DNA of 63,766 bases, the filler included, from Welwitschia mirabilis (taxonomy: Eukaryota), in the NCBI GenBank assembly GCA_051453625.1. It is 5 parts of one record of this genome, joined end to end, with 100 filler letters (N's around TTAATTAATTAA, not from the genome) between each part and the next. Parts side by side here need not be neighbours in the genome. Positions count along the whole stretch, not along the records: positions 1 to 11,140 come from JBOZIK010000001.1; positions 11,241 to 29,675 come from JBOZIK010000001.1; 3 more parts are not named here. One strand, written 5' to 3'. Every line of letters starts with the position of its first letter. Position 1 is the stretch's first letter. Positions 1 to 12,098 of the stretch are shown here, one piece after another. The notes under the pieces were generated by a model that ran no database searches, had not been told where the DNA came from, and worked only from the letters and a program-made list of their open reading frames with translations. Made by a program: the position numbers and the translations under genes.

Positions 1-156
1 GCAGCTCTTTTATTTCCATACTTTGGCCTTCGATGGAATTATGACATTCGGATCACTCCCATCTATACTAGTGTGTTGCATTTGTGCATATTAATTGTGA
101 TTAATAGGATTCAAACCAAGACATAAAAATTTGCATAAATATGCACTGCAACATCT

Positions 157-174
157 TGGTGCCATTGTCAGGGA
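157..174 (+). promoter_or_regulatory. Primer-binding site, tRNA-Asp type
   Basis: TGGTGCCATTGTCAGGGA lies 3 nt after the LTR end and differs from the Athila PBS TGGCGCCGTTGCCGGGGA only by C>T/G>A changes. Confidence 0.85.
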
Positions 175-745
175 AGGCTGCTTAGAGATTGAGAGTTGTC
201 ATTTCTTTAATGGATATTCTGGATGTTTGCTACAGTAGCAGTATACCAGTATCTTCTGTACATTTTTATTTTAGTCTTTCTTTTTGCTAACCTCTAATGT
301 CCCATTTGTCATTTAGACATCATAGTCAAACAACTATCCTATTTTCTGATTTCCCTTTTTCTATGGTTATTTGTGTTTCTATCATCTAGGTTATTATTTG
401 AAAGACGTATAGGATGTCCTCTTCTTAGATCCAAGACTAAATGATTAAAATCAGGAAAAGGGAAAAATATCAGAAAGAGTGACAGTTCATTGCTAAAAAT
501 ATTAGAGAAGGTTTACTAAATTTTTAAAATTAAAACAAATTAAAATAGCCTAGATACACAAGATTTACAATTTCCTGTAATTTCCAATTTTAATTCTGCA
601 GAGTCTGATACCATGTCGATCTTTAATCAAAAATAAAAATAACCTATTTTTCAAAATCCACCCCCAGTCATTGGAACCCTCACTTCTACTCCTTCTCAAT
701 CGAATACTCGTGCTACTTTGAGAGAACTTATCATGACTAAAAAAC

Positions 746-2800
746 ATGAAATTTAAAACTCTTTCAACTTACCTCCTAGTAATGATGTAGAACTTTGAAA
801 CTTAAATTCTGACCCTACTTTTAGTGAAGAGTCTGATGAAGATCCTTTACAACACATTACCAAAATCAAACAAATTATTCTTACTTCTAGAAAAGGTAGA
901 AAACGAATAAGAAATAGAACCTATATGGTTATCTTTTTCATGACCTTGAGAGGTAAAGCAAAAATTTAGCTTAAAATGATTCCTCATAAGAGAGTTAAAT
1001 CTTTAAGTCATTTTCAAGAAGCCTTCATCAAAACCTTCATGAGTAAAACCACTATTTAGAAGTGTAAGAAAGAAGTCATAAATTTTCAATAATTATCTAA
1101 TGAAGACTATGCCTCTACCTATGAGCGATTCTTTGTTGCTTTACATTTAAACCCTGTACATGCCTTTTCAGAGGTAGAATTAATTGACTATTTTTATAGT
1201 GGGTTAAACAGTCATACTAAGTAACTTGTAGATTTCTCTTATTGATACAACCTCTTAAACCAAACTTTAGAAGATGCATGGAGGTGTTAGAAAACTTAAT
1301 GGAAATAAGTCAAACTTGGCCTAAACCCTCCTCTAGAGAAAACTGAACAATAGGCTAAATCATCAAAGATCTCAAAGAAGTAAAACATGATAAAACTAAA
1401 ACCAAAATAGAACGTGATCCAATTAGAGTCATTAAGGATTTTACTTTTACTTTAGAGAAATACACCCAGATGATCCTTGATGCTAAAGTGGCAACTGAGA
1501 AAAGTGAACTCATTGTTTTAACTTGTGATTTATTCGAGGATAGTTATCACATCATGAAAGAGTGTCCTTTACTTTTTACATGCAAAAAGAGATTTTATGA
1601 AGAAGTTCATGTTTTGAACCAAGGACCCTTCAACTACACTTAAAACTATAACCAAAGACAAGTCCCTAATTACAATTTTTAACATAGGATGAATGAACAA
1701 CCTAACAATTTTCAAATACATCATCCTAACTCCCAACCGTTGCAAAATAGATTTGATTATCAAAACTTTCAATCCAACTATCAAAATAACTTGGAAAATC
1801 CTTTCAACTCCAAGAACCATAGTAATCCTCTTCAAATTTCTATTGAGAAGTTGAGAAAAACTTAAGAAATGATAAATGCAAACATATAAAATCTTATGAA
1901 CATTTTGTAACAAACCATGCTTGCCAACCAAAGACCACAAGGAACCCTTGCCATTCAACCTTTCCCAAACCCTAATGAAGTATGAAAAGATTGTAAGGTG
2001 ATGACAAGAAGTGGAAATAACATAACTCCCTCTACTCATGAGGCTTCAACTTCTAAAAACAATAAGAACAATGAGGAGGAGAACATAGAAATCTTAGAAA
2101 ATCATTCCTTCCCTTCTTCACTTAACAACAAAAAGTAAAATCAATCACAAAAGAAAACCGTTATCCCATGGCTTAATAGGATTAATGAAAATCCTATCTT
2201 TGATGATTATTTAAAAGCCTTAATGCAAAATGTAAGCATCAACTTAACTTTTTGGAAACTTTTGCAAGAAAACCCTAAATATTCTAAGCTATGGAAAGAC
2301 CTAATCAAGAGAAAAGAAAAATGCACTATTCCTAATAAAATCTTCTTATCTTAATCTATTAGCAACTTAGTTTTAAGAAGTGTCCAAAATTTAAAGATGT
2401 AGGGGTAGTAATTATTTATGTCACCTTAGAGGAAAATTGAAGAATTAAGAAAGCCTTGATAGATATAGGAGCTAGTGTTAACATTATGCCCTTGCATATT
2501 TGTAAATGTTTAGGATTGGAAGAGAGAATAGAACCTACAAAAATTATCTTGGATTTAGCTGATTCATCTGTCAAGAAACCCTGAGGTGTGATAAAGAACT
2601 TGGTTATTCAGATCAAAAAAGCTTTCTACCCCATAGAGGTAGTTGTTTTAGAAGTTAAGAATTAAAATGAATATCCCCTACTTCTAAGTAGAGCTTTCTG
2701 CAAAAGCATCCATTGCATCATAGACACTAGAACTGGATTAATGAAATGTCACTTTGAAAATAAACAATTTTCAATATAAGCCTTTAATGTAGCTGAAAAA
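746..2800 (+). pseudogene. Decayed gag + aspartic protease of copy A1
   Basis: Gag-like LRGKAKI*LK...QEAFIKTF, zinc-knuckle remnant CDLFEDSYHIMKECP (~1524-1568) and protease KALIDIGASVNIMP, with many stops and frameshifts. Confidence 0.8.
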
Positions 2801-3175
2801 GAATTAAGAAATGATTTAGGATTGGAGGATGATATAAAACTTAGCCTATCTTTATAAAATCATCGAAACCTAATGCAAATTATAAAAGAATAAGTCATAA
2901 AAATTATGGATGGAAAATGGTATGCACACATAGAAATGATTGAAATGACTTGAGGAATTTTAGATGCAACTGTGAACATAGTAAAAGAATTTGTTTCCTA
3001 CCTAAGTTCTTTCTTAACCTACTTATTTAGTTAAATATTATAACTTTACTTGATCATCTTTTAACTTGACTTGTGNNNNNNNNNNNNNNNNNNNNNNNNN
3101 NNNNNNNNNNNNNNNNNNNNNNNNNNNNNNNNNNNNNNNNNNNNNNNNNNNNNNNNNNNNNNNNNNNNNNNNNNN

Positions 3176-6100
3176 CTTTTCAGAGGTAGAGTTAATTGAC
3201 TATTTCTATAGTGGATTAAACAGTTATACTAAGCAACATGTAGATTTATCTTATGGAGACAACCTCTTAAACCAAACTTTAGAAGATGCTTGGAAAGTGT
3301 TGGAAGATTTAGTGGAAGTAAGTTAAACTTGACCTAAACCCTCCTCTAGAGAAAATCAAACAATAGGCCAAATCATTAAGGACCTAAAAGAAGTCAAACA
3401 TGAGAAAACTAAAAATAAAATAGAAAACAAACCAACTAGCATTATTAAGGATTTTACTTCTATCTTAGAGAAATACACCCAAATGATCTTGATACTAAAG
3501 TGACAATTGAAGATAATGAAATCATTATTTCAACATGTGATTTGTGTGAAGATAGCTACCACATCATGAAGGATTGCCCTTTATTTCCCACTTATAAAGA
3601 GAGAATCTATGAAGAAGTACATACCTTCAACTAAAAACCTTCCAATTACATTCAAAACTATAACCAAAGACAAGTCTCAAATTACAATTTTCAAAATAGA
3701 ATGAATGAGAAACCAAATCCTAGCAATTTCCAAACAAATCATCCTAACTTCTAGTCTTTTAAAAATAGATTTAAATACCCAAATCTTTAGTCTAAGTACT
3801 CAAATAACTTGGAAAACCCTTTCAACTCTCAAAACCATAGTGATTCTATTAGGAATTTTATGGAGGAGTTGAGAAAAACTCAAAAGAAGACAAATGCAAA
3901 CATAGAAAGTCTTGTAAGTCTTTTACAATAAACCATGATTGCCAATCAAAGACCACAAGGGATACTTGCCACTCAACATTTACTAAACCATAATGAAGTA
4001 GGAAAAGATTGTGAGGTGGTGATAAGGAGTGAAAATGATACAACTTTCTTACTCATGAGTCTTCAACTTCCCAAAATGACAAGAATGATAAGGACGAGGA
4101 CATAGAAATCCTAGAAAATCATTCATTCCATTCTTCACTTAGCAATAAAAAGAAAGATCCTTCATAAAAGAAACCTGCTAACCCATGGGTTAATAAGCTT
4201 AATACAAACCCCATCTTTAATGATCATTTGAAGGCCTTAATGTAAAATGTGAGCATTAACTTACCTTTTTGAAAACTTTTGCAAGAGAATCCCAAATACT
4301 CTAAGCTATGGAAATACCTAATAAGAAGAAAACAAAATGAATCATCCTTAGTAAAGTCTTCCTAGCTCAATCCATTAATAACTTAGTTTACAAAAAGTAT
4401 TCAAAGTTTAAAGATTTGAGGGGTAGCAACTATTAGTGTCACTTTAGAGGAAAACCATAGAATTAAGAAAGCCTTGAAAGATATAGGATCTAGTGTCAAC
4501 ATCCTACCCTTGCATATTTGTCAACATCTTAGGTTGGAAGAGAGAGTAGAACCTATACAAATTGTCTTGGAGTTAGTCGATTCATCTGTAAAGAAACCTT
4601 TAGGTATGATTAAGACTTGGTTATTTAGATAGAAGAAGCTTTCTACCCAATAGATGTAGTTGTTTTAGAAGTTGAGAATCACATTGGATATCCCTACTTC
4701 TAGGTAGATCTTTTTGTGCAACAATACATTGCATCATAGACACACAAACTAGATTAACGAAATGTTATTTTGAAAATAAATAATTTTCAATAAGAGTATT
4801 TGATGTGACTAAAAAAGATCTAGGCAACAATTTAGGATTAGAGGAAGAAATAAAACCAGTTCTATTTTTATGGCACCGTCCACTTAAGTTTGACCATCCC
4901 TCCATTGAGTTTTCTAATCTAATGCAGAGTAAAAATGAGTTTGTAACCTATTTTGAAGTTTAAGAAACCCAAACCTTTGAGAATTATTATTGTGAAATAA
5001 GTCGTCCACTCCTAACATCTAGATGACAGTTAACTCTTTTGTAAATTTTCCTAAAACTAGAGGCCTGAAACTTAACTTGAACTTGAAACCTCTAAGTAGT
5101 GGACTAAAATACATTGTTCTGAATAGAAATTTGAATAAATCCTTGATTAGCCCCTTGACGGTAGTACCTTAAAAGTGTGCAAAAAGGCATATGCACATAG
5201 ACAATGGTTGAAAATTCTATAAGAATCTTTAGACACAACTGTGAATATGGTAGAAGCATTTGTTTTGGAGGTTTCCCTCAGTGAGGAGGACTTCCTCCCT
5301 ATCATTGTCTAAGTTCTTTCTTAGCATACTCCTTTGATTAAATATTATGACTTTCCTGAGCATCTTTCTAACTTGACTTGTGTATTACTTTGTAAAGTAT
5401 CATGATTAGTTTTATACTTGGGCATTTATAGGTGGTAATATTGGATTCACCCAATATTAAGATATTCCCATGTTTATGGACTATATTTAAAAGAAGATTT
5501 CTTAGTTCCTTGTATTTTTTTCAATGCTCGTTAAAATATTAGATTATCTGGGAGTGTTCTTTTATGTCTTTTAACTTAGTTATTTACCTTTGTCCTTCTT
5601 AAGTGTGTGATCACGTGGTAATTTCTCTTATGTTCAAAAAAAAGGAAAAAACCAAAAAACACATGATGTCCTACCACAAGTACACCAAAGAAAATATTTT
5701 TGAGAGGCTTCTTTGGCAGTGTAATATGGTAGCTATGGAAACTCCACTGAGGAATCAGTTAGCCATGCTTCATAGATTTTTACTCTTTTGACAGTGGTTG
5801 CACTCCCCTCGTCATGCTTACAAGAAATAAAACCTTTACTATTCCCACTTAATCATTTCACTTTTAGAGATTTCGGTGACTTTGTAAGTAGAAATAGATG
5901 CGTCCATTTCTAATTAACTTTTAGTTTTACCACTGCCTTTTTGAATGAAATTTATGTAGTTAATACATTTTATCATGCATCTTTACTCAGGTGATGTTAT
6001 GATGTTTTCCTTGGGAGTTTGCTACATTAGTACTCAGGATAGGTATATCATCTTCTTCTTATTCCTTATGTTCATTTACCCTCTGGTTTTCTTTCATTTT

Positions 6101-7705
6101 CAAGTTTACTATTTCTACATCATTTTTGCATTTTCCCTATTTTTCTCCTTAGGACTTTACCCATTTTGTTCTTTTACGCAATCCAGGACACCTTGCATAT
6201 TTTAAGTGGGGAGTAGGACACACATATTTTGAATATTTTTGAATATTTATGAATCATTATTGCAGATCCTTCATTCGAACCAGCTGCAGAGTACATCGAT
6301 GTTACATGAGTATCTTTTTATTTGACTGTTTATCACAGTGGGGGACTATTTATTAGTATTATTTAATTAACAAAAAAATTAATTTCTATCATAAGTTCCA
6401 GTTTTGCACATCTTTTGAGGAGCCTATCATCTCTTTTTTCATCTAGATGATAGACCGAATGACCGACTTCTGATGCTCAGTAGGTATGTCTGATCAGTTT
6501 TTGAATTTTTTAGAAATTTAGTTTATTATTGGTATATGTTGAAAATATTTTTTAGATACTTTCTTTAGATATCCTAACTATTTTTATTATCTAAAAGTTG
6601 GCTCACAAATGTAGTATACCACTTGATTTTGTTAGGGATTAATAAGGCTAAGTGGAGGTCTATGTTGCACCGCTAACTTACATGTATTTGATAGGATATT
6701 CTGAGTTATTTTACAAGTAAATTAGCCAATAAATGCTTAATTAAATTACAAGCATTTTATACATATATGAATAAATGACATTTTGGATAATGATTTCTAT
6801 AAATAACAAAGTGATCAAACTAACTAAAAGTTCAGAAAAAACCATCATCCAGACATCATCAGCAAATGACATCTCCAAAACTGATTGATAACACTTTACA
6901 TGTAATTCATAGGTAGATCAACTAGAATAGACAAGGAGATCTAATTATCAATCTACATCGTCTCTTATATCATTCAAATAACCTATAGGATAAAACTATT
7001 CTCTCATACTTTTACCGAATGTTTACTTGAGTTATCGCCACTTCATTGTGACTTTTTTTTCATGTTAGCTAGGATTTTTTCCTATACTCTTCTATTAGTT
7101 TCCTTTCCTTTTCTATCTATAAATAAGGGTCTTCTTCTCAATTCTTAATCATTTTCTACAGTACTTGACATACTCATGATAGGATATCTTGGGACCGGAG
7201 AATCATTCTGTGATTCCAGAGAGACATTCCCTTGGTGTTGGATGGTGTTTCCTCCTTGAGAAACGACTACTTTATAATACAAATGTTGCATGCTTTTTAA
7301 TATGAATTATCTTCTTTTGTATTCAATATATGTAAGAACTTCTCCCTTATAGTTTATGTCATCTAAGATTCGATGACAAGCTTCTTTTATTATATAGATT
7401 ATAAGGGCATCCTTTATCAAGGTTAAGCTTAATTAATTTAAGTGCATCATTATTTCTTTTTCTAGATTAGTTTTTCATAAATATGTTTTATTTCAATTTT
7501 ATGCATTGCAATTTATTTTAATAGATTAGGTTTACATAATTTTCTCTTGAAAGCAACTCTTTTATTTCCATACTTTGGCCTTTGACGAAATTATAACATT
7601 CGGATCACTCCCATCTATACTAGTATGTTGTGTTTATGTATATTAATTGTGATGAACAGGATTTAGACTAGGACATAAATCTTTGCATAAATACACACTG
7701 CAACA
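3176..7705 (+). mobile_element. Athila-like element, copy A2 (gag C-terminal part, protease, non-coding 3' region, 3' LTR); no RT/RH/INT
   Basis: Homologous to A1 from ~1164 onward. CX2CX4HX4C knuckle CDLCEDSYHIMKDCP (~3536-3580), protease KALKDIGSSVNILP (~4468-4509), linker LNLKPLSSGLKY (~5078-5113), then ~1.5 kb non-coding and an LTR. Confidence 0.85.
6663..7705 (+). repeat. 3' LTR of A2 (LTR family A, 1043 bp)
   Basis: Termini TGTTGCA...TGCAACA; reverse-complement homolog at 55295-56399; TATAAATA at ~7118. Confidence 0.85.
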
Positions 7706-9597
7706 AGTAGTTTTTTAGATGCAGATATGGTGATCAAGGATTTTTAAACTTCTAAAACATTTTGTAATTTCCTGACCAGTTTACTTTCANNNNNNNNNNN
7801 NNNNNNNNNNNNNNNNNNNNNNNNNNNNNNNNNNNNNNNNNNNNNNNNNNNNNNNNNNNNNNNNNNNNNNNNNNNNNNNNNNNNNNNNNNNNNNNNNNNN
7901 NNNNNNNNNNNNNNNNNNNNNNNNNNNNNNNNNNNNNNNNNNNNNNNNNTAATAGGTCAATTAATTTAAGGAAAATTATTTGATTGATGAAATCATTTTA
8001 GGTGATCTACATTGGAAAACAAATTTTTCAATGTCAAAGTTGTTTACATCAAGAAGAACATGAAAATCATCTGAGCATTGAGTTTTAAGATTAAACTATC
8101 CTATCTTAAATCCAAATGATATATCTTGCTTGTGGAAAGTTATATATCAGTTGATAGTCTTAAAGGTTGTCCTCAAGCTTTTTCTTTTGCACTACTTTCT
8201 TCAAGTAATTTTTTAAATGCAGGTATGATGATCAGGGACTTTTGAACATCTAAAACATTTTTTAATCGCTTAACCAGTTTACTTTTATTCACTAATAATA
8301 AAATTTTCATCTTAATTGCATAATATCTCGTATTGGTTGTTATATTTATTTAGGGAATCTTATGTCAAGTTGCACCATGAACTTGAGCCTTTTTTAAAAA
8401 GAAAAATAAAAAATAAAAAATTCAAGGGGAAAATAACTATTAATCTCAACTTTCTTTTAGTTAGAACCTAGATCCTATGCCATAAAACTCTGTAATGCTT
8501 TAATGAAAACACAGTCAAGCACAACAAAATAATTGGAACTTAACTACTTTCAAAAAGCACATAAAGTATTAAATAATAAGTACGCAGTTGAGAAATATGT
8601 CTAAATAAACATCTGGTACTTTAATTAAGATGTTATAAATTTAATGTCGATGAATGTGATTTTGGATATTAGACCTATCTTACATAATCAATATGCATTC
8701 TCAACAGAAATAAGTGGCATATATTTAAATCTAGAGCACATCATGTAGACATTTGCTAATTTTGAGCCTCAAAGCATTGAAATAAGACCATAATTAACAT
8801 GTTCATATTTCTTAAGTGCAAAGTTTTTAGTTGGACATTCAAAATTAGTATATTAAAAAAAGCATACACACGAGACATCTAAATTCAAGTTAAGATATTA
8901 CATAACAAGAGAGGAGAAAGAAAGTAAATTTTCTTCATCCTTCATAAACAAGAAATGATGAAAAAAAAGCACTAGTGAAGAAATATTCACCTCATGGTAT
9001 AATAAACAAATTCTAGACATGTATAACATGATAGAAGCATTGATAAATTGAAGATAAAGGCTGATATAGGCACTTGCAAGACAAAGACAAAGAAGGCCTG
9101 TCACTCGAGGGTAGAGTTAGATGAATATTGTAACTGTGGTGACTCATATTCTTTAATGATATAATGCTTTTCTCCTCTGTATGCTTCTCTGTTATACCAC
9201 ATCTTGCCTCTTCACTAAGATGAATGTATGAAGTGTGTTAGGGAAACCCTCATTTTTTGAAACATGGAAATGGAATGCGTGAACTACGTTAAGGCAAGCA
9301 TCGAGCATGAAGACAAAATGCGCATGTGGGAAGTGAAATAAAACAAGGGAAACAAAAAATAAATGTTTTTTTTTGAAAAGTTAAAGGTGACTTATTTCCT
9401 GCTATCTTTTAAGGCATTTGTTTTAAACGCCTTAAGAATACATACAATTTTAATTTAGAAGACGTTTATCTAAACAAAAACCTTAAAATATCAGGATCAG
9501 TCTTATTTAAGGCATTTTTAAAAATAAATACCTTTAAAAGATTAATATTTAAGGTGTATTCTGATAAATGCCTTAAAAGGCTATATTCCTTATTGTG
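7706..9597 (+). mobile_element. CACTA (En/Spm) DNA transposon remnant, 3' end
   Basis: Subterminal inverted repeats TAAGGCATTT...AAACGCCTTA / TAAGGTGT...AAATGCCTTA at ~9410-9575, ending TTCCTTATTGTG (9/12 match to TTTCTTGTAGTG, the reverse CACTA TIR). Weak transposase-like peptides upstream (KYAVEKY, DECDFGY*TYL, EEIFTSWYNKQI). The left boundary is uncertain. Confidence 0.6.
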
Positions 9598-10080
9598 TCA
9601 TAAGGAAAAAAGTAAAGTAAGGAAATAAATAACAAGTAAGAGTATGCTAAAAAAACTAATTACTCATACCATTAGAATAAAACAAAAGAACCAAAACATC
9701 TTTCTTTAAAATGGAGTTTATAGACATACGAATGTTTGAATATCGGATCAAGCCAATCTTATCATTTTAAAATGTCCAAGTAAAATATTTACTAACCATG
9801 GTAACTTCATAAAACCTTAGTCAAATAAAAGATGTCTAAGTAATAGCATGATGTTTACCAAAAGAATCGACTAAGGAAGAATTTAGATAATGGCAAGAGA
9901 AAAATTCCAACACAAGTGGTTCTATCATGTTCAAGATTAACTAATAGATATTTTAATGATGTTTAACCTTTTTTCCATTAACTTCTAAATTTTCCAAATG
10001 TTTAGATTGAAAGTTTCAATGGATCCATATAAAGATGTACTTTTTCTAAAAGATAAGGACTTAATCATTGAGAATTTTAA

Positions 10081-10789
10081 CTAGTTATGTAAAAAGTATA
10101 CTTCGATATTGTATTTTTTTAAAAAATAAGGCTCAAACCAAAAAGAAATCAATTGATAAAACATAGATATGAAATCATTTTGAAGTAAAATCAATTGGAG
10201 ATTAAAAAAAGTAAAATAATAAAATGTTGATAGCATAATTTTCGAAATCGAACTAAGAGATAAAGAAGTGATGAATTTCATTATCAAATAATTTCTTAGG
10301 AAAATAATGTAAAGCATGAGTATCATGATATAATTCATTCAAGGTACTACTCAAAGAATGAAGCCAATAAGGTCTTAAAGGCTTTTGAAAATGTTGAATA
10401 AGATTGAGAATCTCCTTAAGATTCAATTCTAAGCATAGATTATCATCAAGAAGATAAGGCTTACCCCAATTTAAAAATCCAAGATATTCCAAGTCAAATC
10501 TTTGAAAAGAATAATCATTAAAGGCACAAGGTGAAGTGAATTTGATAGAAAAAGAAATGATATTACTTTGAGGATTACATGAATGTTTAAAAGAAAGATA
10601 TTGATATAAAGAAGAAATAGACTCTTTAAAATAATTGGTGTTATGAGAGTCAAGGAAAGAAACATGGCCTTGGGAATTATATGAATGGATAATTGGAAGA
10701 CATGGAGAAAGGTTATTATTATCAAGGTCACAAGGTAATGTAAAGTGGAAGTAGAAGTAAAAGGAATGGTACAATTTGAAATTGTACAT
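10081..10789 (-). pseudogene. Unidentified retroelement-borne ORF (frameshifted), copy 1
   Basis: ORFs 10253-10789 and 10081-10338 together align with + strand 45807-46470 (YSFQRFDLEYLGFLNWGKPYLLDDNLCLELN vs YSFQKHDLKFLGILSWKKPYFLDKNPCLKLN). Confidence 0.65.
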
Positions 10790-11140
10790 AAAGGCATAAG
10801 TGAAAAGGATGTATAAGTATGGATTGAATGAACAAGTCTACTCTATATGAAATCTGAATGAATCACTAGGGGTCCTTCATTATATTCAATTTCTTCAAGA
10901 TTGTCTTTATCATTATTTTTATTCAACTGTTCCTTCATTTTTATCATCATTATTTGTGACTAGATCTCCCTTCTTGTGTTGAATATTGCTTTCATTCTCC
11001 ATGTTATTAGATTCATTAAAAAAATTATCAAGAGAACTAAAAGCATTATCTTCATCATTGATTAAAAAGTTTGTAGTTTTTTCATGAATGGATTTCTATC
11101 TAGATTGTCTAATAGTAAATAAATGGCAGAGATATAATCT

Positions 11141-11240
11141 NNNNNNNNNNNNNNNNNNNNNNNNNNNNNNNNNNNNNNNNNNNNTTAATTAATTAANNNN
11201 NNNNNNNNNNNNNNNNNNNNNNNNNNNNNNNNNNNNNNNN
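11141..11240. other. Artificial contig spacer
   Basis: 44 N + TTAATTAATTAA + 44 N, identical at four places in the window. Confidence 0.95.
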
Positions 11241-12098
11241 ACTATTCATTAAAGTAAGTGAGAAGAATGAAATAAGAGAATTTTAATTCAAGATGGTAAG
11301 GAAGATAAGTACATAATGAAGATCAAGTTTTCCTATCTTGAATGTTTTATCATTTTGTTGAGACAGCTAATTCTTATCACTCAAAAGATGTGTAATGGTT
11401 GTCTATTTTAGTTATTATGAAAATAACTAACAGAATGACTATAGAGAGAAAGGAAAATCAGATTATTCAATAAGAGGAAAAAAAATTCTTAGAACTTTCA
11501 TACCTGTGATGTGTGTATCTAGATTTTGCTTAAAGTCAAATGATCCTGTGCTAATACTTTACTTCAATTAAGTTCTGCTTCTATTAATGTTTTATCTTTC
11601 TACTAGAATTCATGATGTCCCTACATGCATAGATCATAAACATAAAATCAAAATCAAAACCAAGTGCTTTTATCTACCTTGTTATGGAAACAACAAAGGG
11701 GACAATGACAACAAAAAAATATCAACTAAAAAAAACTTAGAACAAAATATTACTAAAACTCAAAAAAGTGAGGCTTATCATCTAGGTTATCACGTGGATG
11801 ACAAATAAGATGATAGTACATTTATTACTAAATTACAAGTAGAAGAAAAATTGCAAAAATAGAAAATAAATTTAAAATTTTAGAACTATTATTCCCAATG
11901 TTGTGTGGATGATAGAAAGGATGATAAGGTCTTTAAAAACTAGGGAAAACAAAAATTGCGGAAATAAATCTACTTTAAGCTAAACTAAAAATATAGTATT
12001 AATTCAAATAAGTAACTTAAATAGAAGATTCAAGGTACTTATCTAGTTAGTAATAATTCTCCAGCTCCTTACAACCTTCCTTGATAATGGTGCCAAAA

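Larger units (their letters stand above)
1..3075 (+). mobile_element. Athila-like Ty3/Gypsy element, copy A1 (end of 5' LTR, PBS, decayed gag-protease; ends at a gap)
   Basis: LTR end ...CACTGCAACA at 153 matches the end of LTR 6663-7705 (about 20 differences in 153 bases). PBS at 157-174. Gag and protease motifs follow, e.g. KALIDIGASVNIMP at ~2450-2491. Confidence 0.85.

Noticed and set aside
1569..2039. 156-aa minus-strand ORF
   Set aside because: Antisense to decayed gag, not kept as a comparable ORF in A2 or A3, and no recognisable domain.
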